From Tetramitus jugosus (Eukaryota; Protista; Heterolobosea): a stretch of DNA of 64,000 nucleotides. Under the pieces are notes generated by a model. The model saw only the letters and a list, made by a program, of their open reading frames with translations, made no database searches and was not told the DNA's origin. Within the stretch, counting starts at the first letter, position 1, and the number at the start of each line of letters is the position of its first letter. The position numbers were made by a program, and so were the translations under genes. Location of the stretch: NCBI GenBank assembly GCA_937625935.1, contig OW569363.1, positions 186,001-250,000 on the forward strand, in the 5' to 3' direction. Of this stretch, positions 12,560 through 23,846 are shown one piece after another.

Positions 12560-12630
12560 TCTCCTATGGTCTAGTGGTATGATAGCGGACTTTGAATCCG
12601 TTGACGGTGGTTCGATTCCACCTAGGAGAA
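12560..12630 (+). tRNA. tRNA-Gln (anticodon TTG)
   Basis: Acceptor TCTCCTA/TAGGAGA, anticodon arm GCGGA-CTTTGAA-TCCGT, T arm GGTGG-TTCGATT-CCACC, followed by CTTTT terminator. Confidence 0.93.
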
Positions 12631-12732
12631 CTTTTGCTTTGGTCGCAGCTTCGGAATATTGTTTGGTTTTTTCCACAAGAACAACAAAAAACAAGTTGCA
12701 ATCTACTAATCAAAATTATCCAAAATACTACC

Positions 12733-13236
12733 ATGCTCAGAAATTCCATCAAGTTGTTCCAAATCACCAACAGAAGAACCATCTTCAAGCAATCCACAAT
12801 TGTCAGGTATGCCAAATTCACGAATTCACAACATCAACAACCGCAACCAATGCACATGTGTATGTCTCTAACACTGACACTGGTCGATTTGACATGATTC
12901 CCATTTTTTTTTGTACACACACATGCACACACTACACACAGACACTATGCTGTTGATCACGCTGAACACGCTGCTCCAAGCAGTTACCTCAACAAGGAAG
13001 ATGTCAACGAGCGTATCATCAATGTGTTGAAGAAGCACGACAAGGTTGATGCAAGCAAAGTCACTGACAATTCTCACTTGGTTCAGGATCTAGGTCTCGA
13101 TTCATTGGACACTGCTGAGATTATCAGTGAAATTGAACAAGAATTTGTGATTGAGATTGCCAATGAAGAAGCTTTCAAGTTGCAATCCGTTCCTGAACTC
13201 GTCCAATATATTTCTAGCTCACCTGTTGCCAAGTAA
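12733..13236 (+). CDS. NDUFAB1: Mitochondrial acyl carrier protein (exons 12733-12806, 12942-13236)
   Basis: Presequence MLRNSIKLFQITNRR..., GTATGC...CAG intron, phosphopantetheine motif DLGLDSLD, EIEQEFVIEI. Confidence 0.93.
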
Positions 13237-13407
13237 AGTGAATGATATCAATCACTGTGTTGATCATCAAACATCTCTCTCTTTTGTGTGTGCAACTACA
13301 GTCAGTTGCTTTGAGGGGTTTTCCGGTTCCAACCTAACATAACATAACATAAATAAACAACCAGAAAAAAAAACAACATCCAAACACAAGCAAAAAAAGA
13401 CGTCATT

Positions 13408-14109
13408 ATGAACTTTGATCACAATAATAATAATAAGAACAACAACAATGACAACAATAGCAACAACCATTCAATTGACATTTATCGATACTTGATTGGC
13501 AATTGGAAACGTTGTCTCGAATTTCGTCAATTCGGTGGCCTATTCCAGCACTTGTTCACAACCAACACCATTGTCACTATTGAAGAATTTAATCGATTGC
13601 ATGAAACTACTGCTATGAACAATAACAACAACAATAATAATAATAATAGTAACAATCAAAATGATGGTAATGTACGTTATCTTCGATGGAAATTTGGAAA
13701 GACTGGAAATGGATATGAGATGGCTGTGAGACCAAGTGCCGGTGGTCACAAGAACGCAGCAACTACTAGTCATAGAGGTAATAATAATAATAATAATAGT
13801 GGTAGTGGTGGTAGTAGTAGTGGTAGTGGGATAGGTGGTGGATCACTATTGTCGGCATCTGCTGCTGCTTCATTGGATCGATACTCTGCACAAAAACAAA
13901 CCAAGTTTGAGTGGCAAGTGGCAGGAACGACGTGCGAAGGTTATTATTATCACGAGTCAAAAGTGGCCATTTTCAATTTTATTCTGAGTGTGAGTATTGT
14001 GACGGTGACGTATCGGATTATGGATGAGAATACGATGGCTGTGTCAATTGTGGAGATGGATGACAAGTATCAACCAACGATTCAATATGGAAACATGTAT
14101 CGGTTGTAG
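13408..14109 (+). CDS. Asn-rich hypothetical protein, probable beta-barrel core
   Basis: 233-aa ORF with poly-N/G/S inserts around beta-strand-like blocks (YLIGNWKR, TVTYRIMDENTMAVSIVE, IQYGNMYRL). Confidence 0.7.
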   Translation: MNFDHNNNNKNNNNDNNSNNHSIDIYRYLIGNWKRCLEFRQFGGLFQHLFTTNTIVTIEEFNRLHETTAMNNNNNNNNNNSNNQNDGNVRYLRWKFGKTGNGYEMAVRPSAGGHKNAATTSHRGNNNNNNSGSGGSSSGSGIGGGSLLSASAAASLDRYSAQKQTKFEWQVAGTTCEGYYYHESKVAIFNFILSVSIVTVTYRIMDENTMAVSIVEMDDKYQPTIQYGNMYRL

Positions 14110-14372
14110 ATTGGGAATGAGAAGAAGAAGGCGGCTTTTGTTGGCGTTGCTTTTTGTTTTTGAAGGAGTACTGTAAAGTTGTAAAATATTTGAATGAAAT
14201 TTATTATTGTTGGTGGTGCTTGGTATAATGATGATGGTTGTTTATAAGGGAGACTAAAGTCACTATGGTACAAAAAGTGCCCAGTCAAAACGTGTGTTCC
14301 AGAGGTTTCACATAAATAAAAGGGATGGATGTGTGGTCCTCGATTCAGAGATCGATGAGACGTGCAGCGATT

Positions 14373-15332
14373 TTAGAAGTATCGTTTCAATTGTTCCCAG
14401 AACACAAATGTGAGGACCGTGTGCGGAGCAAGTCTCATGTACTGCGAGAGACCTCCCTTGTAAATGCCTGTGATTCCCTCTGTTTTCAATGTTTTGACCA
14501 AGCAATCTGGAATACTGTTGTACTTTTTGAGTTCTCCAGGTCTCTGGACGTACAATCTCGTGGAAATGACATCAAACGGATGCATGACCAACACTGCAAA
14601 CACACCAGTCACCAAACTGGCCATTAAATGAATCGTAATTGCATCACCTGGTAATTTGGTTGCATTCATCAACGCCTGCTTTGTCGTGTCATACGTGGAC
14701 AATTGAACACTGGATCCCATGGCCACTCTCAACGCAGCAGCACTCACACCAGTGTACAATGACTTGATTCCTCCCGTTCTATAAATATCAGACAAGGCAT
14801 GAAACATGTTCCTATAGACGTATTGTTCACCCACAGCAATTGCATTCGATTGAATTTGCATCCGTGTCTTGATCATGAACAATGGAGATCCCACACTGGC
14901 ACCAATCACACCGGCCGTCGCACCACAAAACAATTTCTTTCCAAATTTCACAATCTGATGATCTTGCTCATTGGTCACCATCGAATTCAACACAGAGTAA
15001 CTACCGAGACGCATACCGTTCATCACAAATTGGTAGGCCATGGCTGGAAAGAGTCCTTTTTGGAGACCGTTGAGACCAAATCCCTCGTTTCGACTAATTT
15101 TGAGAAAAGCATCAGTCAAGCTCTTGTACGGCGTGTTCTCCTTGGTTGCCTGAGCGAGTTCACCTTGTACTTGGAATCGCGATTTGAGAACGTCCATTGG
15201 ATTGGTGAAGATGACGGCTGTCGTAGTTGCCACACCACCCAATAGAAAGTTTTTGGCTTGGCTCATCACGGCAGATGAGTTGTTGTTCGTGTTGGACGCC
15301 TGTGGTGTTGTTGCTGCAGCTGATTGAGACAT
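14373..15332 (-). CDS. OAC1: Mitochondrial carrier (SLC25), oxaloacetate carrier OAC1/SLC25A35-like
   Basis: Three PX[D/E]XX[K/R]XR-type repeats (PMDVLKSR, PLFMIKTR, PFDVISTR); LQKGLFPAMAYQFVMNGMRLG and MGSSVQLSTYD are typical of the OAC1 subfamily. Confidence 0.85.
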   Translation of the reverse strand: MSQSAAATTPQASNTNNNSSAVMSQAKNFLLGGVATTTAVIFTNPMDVLKSRFQVQGELAQATKENTPYKSLTDAFLKISRNEGFGLNGLQKGLFPAMAYQFVMNGMRLGSYSVLNSMVTNEQDHQIVKFGKKLFCGATAGVIGASVGSPLFMIKTRMQIQSNAIAVGEQYVYRNMFHALSDIYRTGGIKSLYTGVSAAALRVAMGSSVQLSTYDTTKQALMNATKLPGDAITIHLMASLVTGVFAVLVMHPFDVISTRLYVQRPGELKKYNSIPDCLVKTLKTEGITGIYKGGLSQYMRLAPHTVLTFVFWEQLKRYF

Positions 15333-15555
15333 TGTGTTTTTGTGATTTTTTGGGCGAAAGATAATGTGAAAAGAAAGTGAACTTTCTTTTTGTCCCCATC
15401 TTATTATGATTGATGACATGACTTTGAATTCCAACATAGAATACGGCAATTATTCTTTGCCCAAGCTGAGGAGCTCTTCAGGATGAACGACGCAAGCAAA
15501 TTTTTTAACTTTTTTGGATGAAAGAGCCGACTTTAAGGATTTAAGATAATATGAA

Positions 15556-15640
15556 GGACATATAGCTCAGCGGTAGAGCATGGGATTGCAAATAATGTAA
15601 TATCATCCTATGGTCGTGTGTTCGATTCACACTATGTCCT
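15556..15640 (+). tRNA. tRNA-Cys (anticodon GCA) with 13-nt intron 15592-15604
   Basis: Acceptor GGACATA/TATGTCC plus U73, D arm GCTC/GAGC, anticodon stem TGGGA/TCCTA, intron at the canonical 37/38 position, T arm GTGTG-TTCGATT-CACAC, T-run downstream. Confidence 0.93.
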
Positions 15641-15753
15641 GTTTTGCTTTTCCTCATTTTTACCGTCGAGTAATTTCTGGATGTTTTTCATCCCTCAAAA
15701 AACGTACTTCACCGCTTCCCGTAACATAAACAATCCAATCGACCCGACGAGAT

Positions 15754-18700
15754 ATGGCGTCACTACCTGATTACATGACCGAGGTGCTCCACACTGCCCT
15801 CAAAACTCAACTCAAAGCTGATATGGGCACCGCTCTACAACAAGTGGACATTGCAAAGCATCTTTACCCTCCGTATCATTCCAGTCCAACCATCACCAAT
15901 GAAGAAAAGGAATTTGCTAGATCAAAGGTCGTCAACAACAACCAGATCAGCGACAACAACAATAACAAGAACAGTAAGATGTTTCTTGTGCTAGAGTTGT
16001 TCGAAGCTGTTTTTCGAATCATCATCAATGAAGAAATGAAGACGACAGGGAGCCGATCGACTAGCAGTGATGAAAAATCGTCATTGTCATCGAGCAGTCG
16101 TTCACACAAGAATGAACTCCAGTTTGCTACTAATCCATTGCAGCTCGTTCGATGGATCACATGCAGTTTTCCATTGTTGTGGTACTCTGGTGCAGTGATC
16201 AAGAGCAATAGAGATTACCATCTTTGTCTCATGAATATGATTCGAATGTTTTGTCTCGTTTTCAAGTATCAAGAACAGTCCAAGCAAGCACTCTTCAGAG
16301 TCATGGTATCAGAGTTGCATGATATGATATGCGATTTGTTTCAAGTGTGGATGCTGATTCAACAGGAGAGAAGTAAGCATGGATCAGCAGCGAATCTACC
16401 TGTTATTTTCATTGATTTGATGCCGAAAACAATCAAGTTACTCGGTTCAGAGTCCTTGGAGATCCAAAAACTGAGAATTACATCTCTGAACCAAGTTTTT
16501 AGATATTTGAATGCAACGATTGACATTTTGTTCGCCCTATCATCATCACACAGTGAGATTATTCCGATTGTGAAGGGAAACGCACTTGAAAGCTCATTTT
16601 TAACAATTGATTTCAACTTGTATGAAACGCTGATACTAGTCATAAAGATGGGCCACTTGACGACAAAACAGGTCGCACTACGTTACTTGAATGAGCTTAT
16701 ACGTATTAACCGGCACTTTGTATGTCCTTCAGATTTAATGGTATCAAACATATTGGATGTCGTGTCACACGAGTTGATCGAACTTATTCTGTTTATTGAC
16801 AATGAGGAGATTGCAACGAATTCTTGGCCAATTTATAGAACGCAAAAATTTGATGATTGCTTCTGTCTGATGATAGAAAATTTGTCATCCCCCCAATTGT
16901 GTACAGACGATTCACTGAGGTTTGTGAATTCATTATCGTGGAATATTGCTCACTCACCATCCACGAAACTATGTAGTTTACTCGTTGAAATGCTATATAC
17001 GAGAGTGTTGATTGAGAAGAATCTGATTACGCTACGAGAAACTCATGATTTAATCATCAAGATATGTCAGAGAAGGTTAATGACTCACGATTTATTACAA
17101 TTTGTTCTGTTTGATTCAATTGCAGTACAGAGCGAAACAACGAGAAACGATGACTCTCCTGTTGAACCATCCACCAAAAAGTTTAAACCATCGACTGAGT
17201 TTACTCTCTTTGGTGTTGATATGGAAGCAACGAAGCAGGATATTCTGCCGTTGTTTGTTGCGATGGAAGATATTGTTTTGAATGCAAATACTGAGTGGAG
17301 AGATTGTGTTGTATTTTTGGAGGTATGCCTCTCTTTTCTAACTAGCCATCCCTACGAGAAGAATGTAGTGAATCCTGATGAGTGTAAAATAATGCGTCGT
17401 ATTGTAGATATTGTCTGTACCGAGAACAAAGATGCACTTCTATTGAACCTGGACTGTGTACTCTCGATGATTAATAACTATTTGAAAGGAATATCAGAAC
17501 CTGGAAGAACTGATTTTTTGGTGACACAGTGGCATAAGCATCTTGTCGGATATTTTACAAACTTGATTACAGCCGACCAATTTGAGGTAGAGACCGAAGA
17601 ATCGATAAGGTTTTATAGAGCAGCTGCCAACTTGATAGTTGCATGTTTTAAGTGTGATCCTTCTGACAATATTTTGGTTCAGTCAATCCAATATTTCGTG
17701 GGAGGCGCACTTATGCATCACAATAAGAAAATTAAGTTAATCGCTCTAGAGCTACTACCACGAGTAATACTGGCGAACCAGAAGTCCCAAGTTAGTGTAG
17801 ATATGAGTGTTGTGCAAGAAGTTAGTTCTATTGTACGAAATATATCACCCGCTACTACTGATGAGAGTTCTATTCAGATTCTAGTTGCAGTTGCCAAGGC
17901 ACTTGGTACGATCTCAGTTCATTTGAAAGATCTGAACAAAAATGTGGTTCATGATTTTATTGATTTGTGCTTTAGGCATTTATTTGTTGGCAAATTGGGC
18001 AACAAGCGCACTGTTCGTGCCTTTATTCAATCACTACCTGAGTTGTATCGGAATACCTCTTCTGATATTTGGCCATCATTCTCGTCAAACTTGAAGGCGG
18101 TGGTCCGCTTATTTACGTCAGTAGGTGATGAAGACTTGCGCCGAATGATCTTGGAATCTCGAATAATTGAGGATTTGTTGAGAGATGATTCAGGCTTATT
18201 TTTAGTACTTGTGTTCCCGAACAATGTAGCTGGCTTTGTGGCATCAATCCAGAGTGAGATGAAAGAGGCTCTAGAGAGTGACAACAAGGATCAATGCATA
18301 TATTTGATGAATATTCTCTCTCGAATTGCGATACCCTTGTCCCATAACGAGGTTCATATTAAGAAGCAATGCATATTCAGTATTTCTAATGCTTTGTGCT
18401 TAGGAGATATCAAGTTACAGGCCTATGCAGTTCAGTATCTTGAAGATATTAGACACAGCCTTCCCAAGAAAGAGATATCCACTGTCCTTCCAATAGGGGA
18501 TGAAATATTCGATGATTGGGTTCTTGAAATATTGAAACAAGTGGATTCCGGAAAGAGAAGTGATATCAAGAAGCGATTGAACAAAATATTTGGTATCGTA
18601 TCGCGTGTTTTATATGACAAATCATCCAGGGAATTTCTGAAATCTTCATTAGTAAGGGTTGTACCAAAGCTCGTGTTTCAAATGCGATCTATCGATATTC

Positions 18701-21700
18701 CTCAACTAGAGCTGATTGTGAGACATGATTCAAGCTCCAAACCTCTGTGGGAAGATTACTTTACTCATATCATGGTCTATCTGAGCATACATGAAACAGA
18801 AGCAAACTACGAAACATATTTAGGTGTTTATCCAGACTGGAAACAATCACTTTTATCAGATTCTACCAAAATTCTCACTGATCTTTCTCTGCGCATTCAT
18901 GGAGAGTCCGAAGAGAGAAGTGCGACAATCCTTTCTAATGCCTTTAATTTTGTGATCTCGCGACTAGCATTTGATGAACATGCACTCAAGATGCAGGTGT
19001 TTCTTCCGATACTAGAAACATCGGCTGAATGGATAAACAATGGGGCCACACTATCTCCATTGAATGCTGCCATTTGTATCAAAAGAATCATGACATTTAT
19101 GGGGCCTATTTGTAATTCATTCACTTCCAATTTGATGTCTCATCTAAAAAGTATCTTGGGATCGATCAAAAACACAGAGTCCGAGGAATACAATATTTGT
19201 CTGAAGGCAATAGCTGATGCCTGGTACACATTTCTCGTGCAACTAAATAACGAAAAGTTGAAAAGGGTCTTCCTTCAGGTGGTTGTTTATCTATTGCCAC
19301 TTGTGGAGCTTGAGAAGTCGATGCTTAATGTATTTTACCTCTTAATTCGCGATCGGAAAGAGTGCCTCAAGAATATGTTCGGTTCTCTACCTACATTGCC
19401 AAAAACTGACGAGTTTGAGCCTTTGAACAGTATTGTTAATGAAGATCAGCCTTTAGTAGATTTGCCCCAAGCTCTCAGACGAGATATCAAAAGAGCTATC
19501 GGAGGCATAAGATCAGAATCAGTAGAAGTTCAAAGAGCCTCGTTATCTGATCTGAAAGATACTATCAGCCAGCATCATCAAATTATTAGTCAATGGATAG
19601 TTAGTGATGAATCTATTCCCCATAACACTAAGAATCCAGTTCCAACAACACTAGATAGTTTGGAAATGACTACCAATGTTGATCTCATACGTCAATTGTA
19701 CTTTGAATTGATGAAGCTTTGCTCAACAACCAACAAGGAAAACGTAATTGATAGTTTAAGATGTTTTGGTCTTTTAGGTGCAATTGATCCATCTTTACTA
19801 AATTTGGGTCCGATGTTCCATGAGATTGAGAAAGAAAAAGATGACATCAACTTGGCGGTTACTCTGATCGAGAGTTTGAGTAAACTCTTGGATGGGGCAA
19901 ACAAGAAAGAAGCATCATTCTCAATCCAAGAGTTATTGAAGTTTTGTAAGAGTCAATCTGAATCTCATGGCTCTCGTCATTCAGATTATAATGGCTTCCC
20001 ATGGTTTAACAGGTTATCGATGAAAGAAGAGCTTATTCCTTTGACAAATTCTTCCTATTTTGCAAATCAAAGTCGAGCTTCCCGATCAGATTTACCTCCA
20101 AAAGGTCAACCTTTCAAACAGTGGGTTATCATCATGGCGAGATTCCTGACTAGCAAGGCCACCGGGAATAGAAAATTGATTTTTGATGCTATTCGTCCTG
20201 CCTTCAAGTTTGAAAGTTTTGGTCGAATTGTCAAGTACCTACTGCCTTATATGATGCATAATATTTTTATGAGTGGCAATGAAGCAGATATCAAACAAGT
20301 TGTGGACTGTATTACATTGATACTTGAGAAAAATCAGAAGCAATATCAAGAGCATCTTCAATTAATATTTTCTATCGTGGACCAACTAAGAGTTTGGTTG
20401 AGTGATGTGATTGTCAAGTCATCTTCAAATTCATCTGAACAAGTTCAAGAAATTCTTTTTGCTGCTCTCAATGCAGAAAGAATGATTAACGCGATTCCAA
20501 ATAGTGCTATGGCAAAAGCTGCTTTTATGACAAAATCATACGCCAGAAGTCTCATGTATTACGAAAATTTTATGCGAGGAGCTCTTGAAGAGTACTTAAG
20601 CACGAAGGTTGAAGACTCACAAGATGAAGATCATATTCACTCAAAGTATCTCCCCTTGCTCACAGCCGAAAAGATAAAGCTGATTCATGACTACTCGGCA
20701 GAGCCAGGCAAAAGCTCTCCTCTTCCATTCCTTCAAAGAATATATGGTCATTTAGATGACCTGGATTCTATTAAGGGCGTTTCAGCCTTGCGTACTACAT
20801 CTAGTCTAGAGGAACAGATTATTGACTATGAAACAAATTTTGAATGGAACGAAGCTCTTATGTGTTATGAAGTCGCTTTACAGGATGATCCAAATAACAT
20901 TGAATACCAACTAAATATGTTGAGATGCAACCGAAATCTGGGTCATCTTCAAACAATGTTGAGATCAATTGATGGAGCACTCGAAAGACTTCAGACGAAT
21001 CACAAAGAACTAAAAACATATGCTGTTCAATCTGCCTGGAGACTAGCAGAATGGAGTCTCGTTGAGGAGTACCTAAAGGATGCCAATGCGTCTGATTTCG
21101 AAGTTAATCTCGCTAAAGGTTTGATTGCATATTCTAAAAAAGATACGCAAGCATTTAATGCTTCAATTTTTAGTATGCGAGCATTGTTGGCTGAATCTTT
21201 TGCTCCTGCAGCATCTGAATCGTATGAATTAGTGTATCCTTTCCTTGTTCAAGCTCAAATGACAGTTGAATTGGAACAAAGCTATAATTTACATACAAAC
21301 AATCAAACTCGGCAGAGTGAATTAGCTGAAGAATGGAATCAAAGATTACATCTTATTGTTGATTCTATTCAATCAAGAGAGTCTCTACTCTCACTCAGAA
21401 GAGTATTGTACATGATAAACGGAATGGAAAAGGCGACTGGGCATAGTTGGTTAATGTATGGAAATCTTGCCAGAAAGAACAAAAATTTTACTCAAGCACA
21501 TAACGCAATGCTTCAAGCAAGACAATACTCTGAGCATCTCCCAGAATATCTATTGAATTATGCAAAATTGCTCTATGCCGAAGGAAAGGTGACGAATGCC
21601 TTGACAGTTCTAGAAAATGCTCCTCATGAATTCAAGAACATGGATCAAAGACTACTAGCAAAAATTGAACTACGCGCAGCTAATTGGAGTGAAGAGATTA

Positions 21701-23577
21701 GAACGAGAAGAACAGACGAGCTACAACATCAATATGAAATGGTTGTGAGCAAACAACGGCAATGGGAAGAAGGTTACTTCCACTTAGCCAAATTTTTAGA
21801 CTCCATCTTTATGACCAAAACAAAGGCAGACAGCATACCGGAGACAGTGTACTTGACTAGTATTCCTAGTATCCTAGAGAACTATGGCTACACACTTCAA
21901 TTTGGAGTGAAACATATTTATCATGCTCTTCCCAGATTTGTCAAATTGTTTTGTATTGCTGGAGATTGCCTTCCGAAAGACCAACTCAAAGAAATAGGAA
22001 AGGTTGTTCAAAGGTTCTTTAAACTACTGCATCCTGGAATATGGGCAAATGCAATCTCTCAATTTGTTTCGCGTATGGACCATTCCAACGAAGTCATTCA
22101 AATTCAAATCCGTTCAATCATAGCGGAGTTGTATCGTGCTTATCCAAAACATGTTTTATGGTTCTTAGCATCGCCCATGAATGTCTGCAAAAGATCTAAA
22201 GCAAGAACACTTGTTGAAGAGGCCTCTTCTAAAAACGCGACGCTCAAGAAGATTTTACAAAATTATGAAATTTATTTCCAAGGACTGATCGACATAGCAG
22301 GCGATACCAAGTCAACGGACATCTCTACAATGGCTGGTGCTCGCCAAATTAGGCAGGTTCGTGGGCTAACAAACGTTATGGTTCCTATATTAGAATGGCT
22401 CACTCCCGAAGTTCCTTCGTCGTCTGTTAAATCGGGCGATACAGCAGAGGAGACGCGCCAGTATACTAAAGACACCACAGATATCAGTACACTTGAAAAC
22501 CAATGCTTAGTGATGATGTCGAAGGCCAAACCAAAAAAGATTAGTTTCAGGGGAAATGATGGAAGAATATATTCTTTCCTAGCGAAAAAGGGAGATGATC
22601 TGCGGAGAGATAGCAGATTTATTGAAGTATCGAGATTAATTAACAAATTATTCCTCCGTAATCCAATAACAAGAAAGCGAAGACTTTACATACGAACATA
22701 TGCACCTGTTCCACTCAGGTCAGAGAAGGGCTCTGAGAGTGGGCTAGTGGAGTGGGTTGAGAATACTGAAGTACTCCGATCACTGATTGAGAAGATTGAG
22801 AAAGATACAGCACCTGCACCACACTTCTTCGAACCAAAGCGTCGATCAGATATATGCAAAGAACTCCATAATCTACCTTCGATTTTAATGGGGTCTGACG
22901 GTCGAAGCAAAACGCCTTCAGGTTTGAACAAATCAATCTTCTTCCGTCAAATCGTTGCTAAAGTGCCACGATTAATGCACAAATGGTTCCTATGGCGGTT
23001 TAAAGAACCAACTAGATGGCTAGAGGCCAGAAACAGTTATGTGAGAACATGTGCTGTGATGAGTATGGTAGGGTGGGTCATGGGACTTGGAGATAGGCAT
23101 TCTGAGAATATTTTGATCGACAACACGACTGGAGACTTACTGCATATCGATCTGAATATGATCTTTGAGATCGGTAGAAAACTAGCAGTTTCTGAAACTG
23201 TTCCGTTCCGGTGCACAACCAACATTATTGATGGTATGGGAGTTATGGGTTATGAAGGTGTTTTCAGATCGACAAGTGAAGTCACTATTCAACTACTCCG
23301 AGATAACAGAGAAATGATCATGAACGTCTTGGAAGCTTTCGTGCACGATAAGGATGGAGAAACAGACTCCAAAATTGCAGCCATCAATGCAAAGTTAAAA
23401 GGTGTAGAGGATCAAATTTTTGCAAGTCTCGAAGATATTGCCATTCATAAGAAGTCTGCACCCAAGCATGATGGTCAGATATTGTCCGTTCAAGGTAATG
23501 TGGACCAACTGATTAGACAAGCAACTGATCAAGATCGATTAGCTCATATGTATGCCTGGTGGATTCCATTCCTTTAA
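15754..23577 (+). CDS. ATR: ATR/Mec1 PIKK checkpoint kinase (intronless, 2607 aa)
   Basis: HEAT-like N-terminus, FAT region (YARSLMYYE), kinase motifs KPKKI, DDLRRDSR and GLGDRHSENIL, ETVPFR, FATC C-terminus QATDQDRLAHMYAWWIPFL. Confidence 0.93.
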   Translation: MASLPDYMTEVLHTALKTQLKADMGTALQQVDIAKHLYPPYHSSPTITNEEKEFARSKVVNNNQISDNNNNKNSKMFLVLELFEAVFRIIINEEMKTTGSRSTSSDEKSSLSSSSRSHKNELQFATNPLQLVRWITCSFPLLWYSGAVIKSNRDYHLCLMNMIRMFCLVFKYQEQSKQALFRVMVSELHDMICDLFQVWMLIQQERSKHGSAANLPVIFIDLMPKTIKLLGSESLEIQKLRITSLNQVFRYLNATIDILFALSSSHSEIIPIVKGNALESSFLTIDFNLYETLILVIKMGHLTTKQVALRYLNELIRINRHFVCPSDLMVSNILDVVSHELIELILFIDNEEIATNSWPIYRTQKFDDCFCLMIENLSSPQLCTDDSLRFVNSLSWNIAHSPSTKLCSLLVEMLYTRVLIEKNLITLRETHDLIIKICQRRLMTHDLLQFVLFDSIAVQSETTRNDDSPVEPSTKKFKPSTEFTLFGVDMEATKQDILPLFVAMEDIVLNANTEWRDCVVFLEVCLSFLTSHPYEKNVVNPDECKIMRRIVDIVCTENKDALLLNLDCVLSMINNYLKGISEPGRTDFLVTQWHKHLVGYFTNLITADQFEVETEESIRFYRAAANLIVACFKCDPSDNILVQSIQYFVGGALMHHNKKIKLIALELLPRVILANQKSQVSVDMSVVQEVSSIVRNISPATTDESSIQILVAVAKALGTISVHLKDLNKNVVHDFIDLCFRHLFVGKLGNKRTVRAFIQSLPELYRNTSSDIWPSFSSNLKAVVRLFTSVGDEDLRRMILESRIIEDLLRDDSGLFLVLVFPNNVAGFVASIQSEMKEALESDNKDQCIYLMNILSRIAIPLSHNEVHIKKQCIFSISNALCLGDIKLQAYAVQYLEDIRHSLPKKEISTVLPIGDEIFDDWVLEILKQVDSGKRSDIKKRLNKIFGIVSRVLYDKSSREFLKSSLVRVVPKLVFQMRSIDIPQLELIVRHDSSSKPLWEDYFTHIMVYLSIHETEANYETYLGVYPDWKQSLLSDSTKILTDLSLRIHGESEERSATILSNAFNFVISRLAFDEHALKMQVFLPILETSAEWINNGATLSPLNAAICIKRIMTFMGPICNSFTSNLMSHLKSILGSIKNTESEEYNICLKAIADAWYTFLVQLNNEKLKRVFLQVVVYLLPLVELEKSMLNVFYLLIRDRKECLKNMFGSLPTLPKTDEFEPLNSIVNEDQPLVDLPQALRRDIKRAIGGIRSESVEVQRASLSDLKDTISQHHQIISQWIVSDESIPHNTKNPVPTTLDSLEMTTNVDLIRQLYFELMKLCSTTNKENVIDSLRCFGLLGAIDPSLLNLGPMFHEIEKEKDDINLAVTLIESLSKLLDGANKKEASFSIQELLKFCKSQSESHGSRHSDYNGFPWFNRLSMKEELIPLTNSSYFANQSRASRSDLPPKGQPFKQWVIIMARFLTSKATGNRKLIFDAIRPAFKFESFGRIVKYLLPYMMHNIFMSGNEADIKQVVDCITLILEKNQKQYQEHLQLIFSIVDQLRVWLSDVIVKSSSNSSEQVQEILFAALNAERMINAIPNSAMAKAAFMTKSYARSLMYYENFMRGALEEYLSTKVEDSQDEDHIHSKYLPLLTAEKIKLIHDYSAEPGKSSPLPFLQRIYGHLDDLDSIKGVSALRTTSSLEEQIIDYETNFEWNEALMCYEVALQDDPNNIEYQLNMLRCNRNLGHLQTMLRSIDGALERLQTNHKELKTYAVQSAWRLAEWSLVEEYLKDANASDFEVNLAKGLIAYSKKDTQAFNASIFSMRALLAESFAPAASESYELVYPFLVQAQMTVELEQSYNLHTNNQTRQSELAEEWNQRLHLIVDSIQSRESLLSLRRVLYMINGMEKATGHSWLMYGNLARKNKNFTQAHNAMLQARQYSEHLPEYLLNYAKLLYAEGKVTNALTVLENAPHEFKNMDQRLLAKIELRAANWSEEIRTRRTDELQHQYEMVVSKQRQWEEGYFHLAKFLDSIFMTKTKADSIPETVYLTSIPSILENYGYTLQFGVKHIYHALPRFVKLFCIAGDCLPKDQLKEIGKVVQRFFKLLHPGIWANAISQFVSRMDHSNEVIQIQIRSIIAELYRAYPKHVLWFLASPMNVCKRSKARTLVEEASSKNATLKKILQNYEIYFQGLIDIAGDTKSTDISTMAGARQIRQVRGLTNVMVPILEWLTPEVPSSSVKSGDTAEETRQYTKDTTDISTLENQCLVMMSKAKPKKISFRGNDGRIYSFLAKKGDDLRRDSRFIEVSRLINKLFLRNPITRKRRLYIRTYAPVPLRSEKGSESGLVEWVENTEVLRSLIEKIEKDTAPAPHFFEPKRRSDICKELHNLPSILMGSDGRSKTPSGLNKSIFFRQIVAKVPRLMHKWFLWRFKEPTRWLEARNSYVRTCAVMSMVGWVMGLGDRHSENILIDNTTGDLLHIDLNMIFEIGRKLAVSETVPFRCTTNIIDGMGVMGYEGVFRSTSEVTIQLLRDNREMIMNVLEAFVHDKDGETDSKIAAINAKLKGVEDQIFASLEDIAIHKKSAPKHDGQILSVQGNVDQLIRQATDQDRLAHMYAWWIPFL

Positions 23578-23703
23578 TTACACTCGTTTCAACATACTAG
23601 CATCTTTTAGTAAACATAAAGCTCAGTAAACGCTGCCAATTTTGGTTGGAAATAGTAACTCCATATGTATTTGTTGGATGGAAAGTGACTACAAACCAGC
23701 AAA

Positions 23704-23823
23704 AGCCTACATTACTGAGGGTTCTCGAGTAGTCTCCTATCTCAATACTAACTCAGCCAGATGGTGCTTAACTTCTCTATTCGAAATGGGAAGAGGTGGT
23801 TCCACCATTGTATGAACGTAGAC
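23704..23823 (-). rRNA. 5S rRNA gene (single dispersed copy)
   Basis: Reverse complement GTCTACGTTCATAC...CCCATTTCGAATAGAGAAGTTAAGC...TTAGTA...GGAGAC...GAACC...TGTAGGC TTTT: about 120 nt, terminal helix GTCTAC/GTAGGC, box A AGTTAAGC, oligo-T terminator. Confidence 0.92.
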
Positions 23824-23846
23824 ACTATCTAATAGTAATAGAGCTA

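Noticed and set aside
15390-15555. Possible retroelement remnant upstream of tRNA-Cys (minus-strand FKVMSSIIIRW resembles the shared motif)
   Set aside because: Needs a gap, is very short, has no tail or TSD, and lies in the carrier gene's promoter/5' region; cannot be distinguished from chance.
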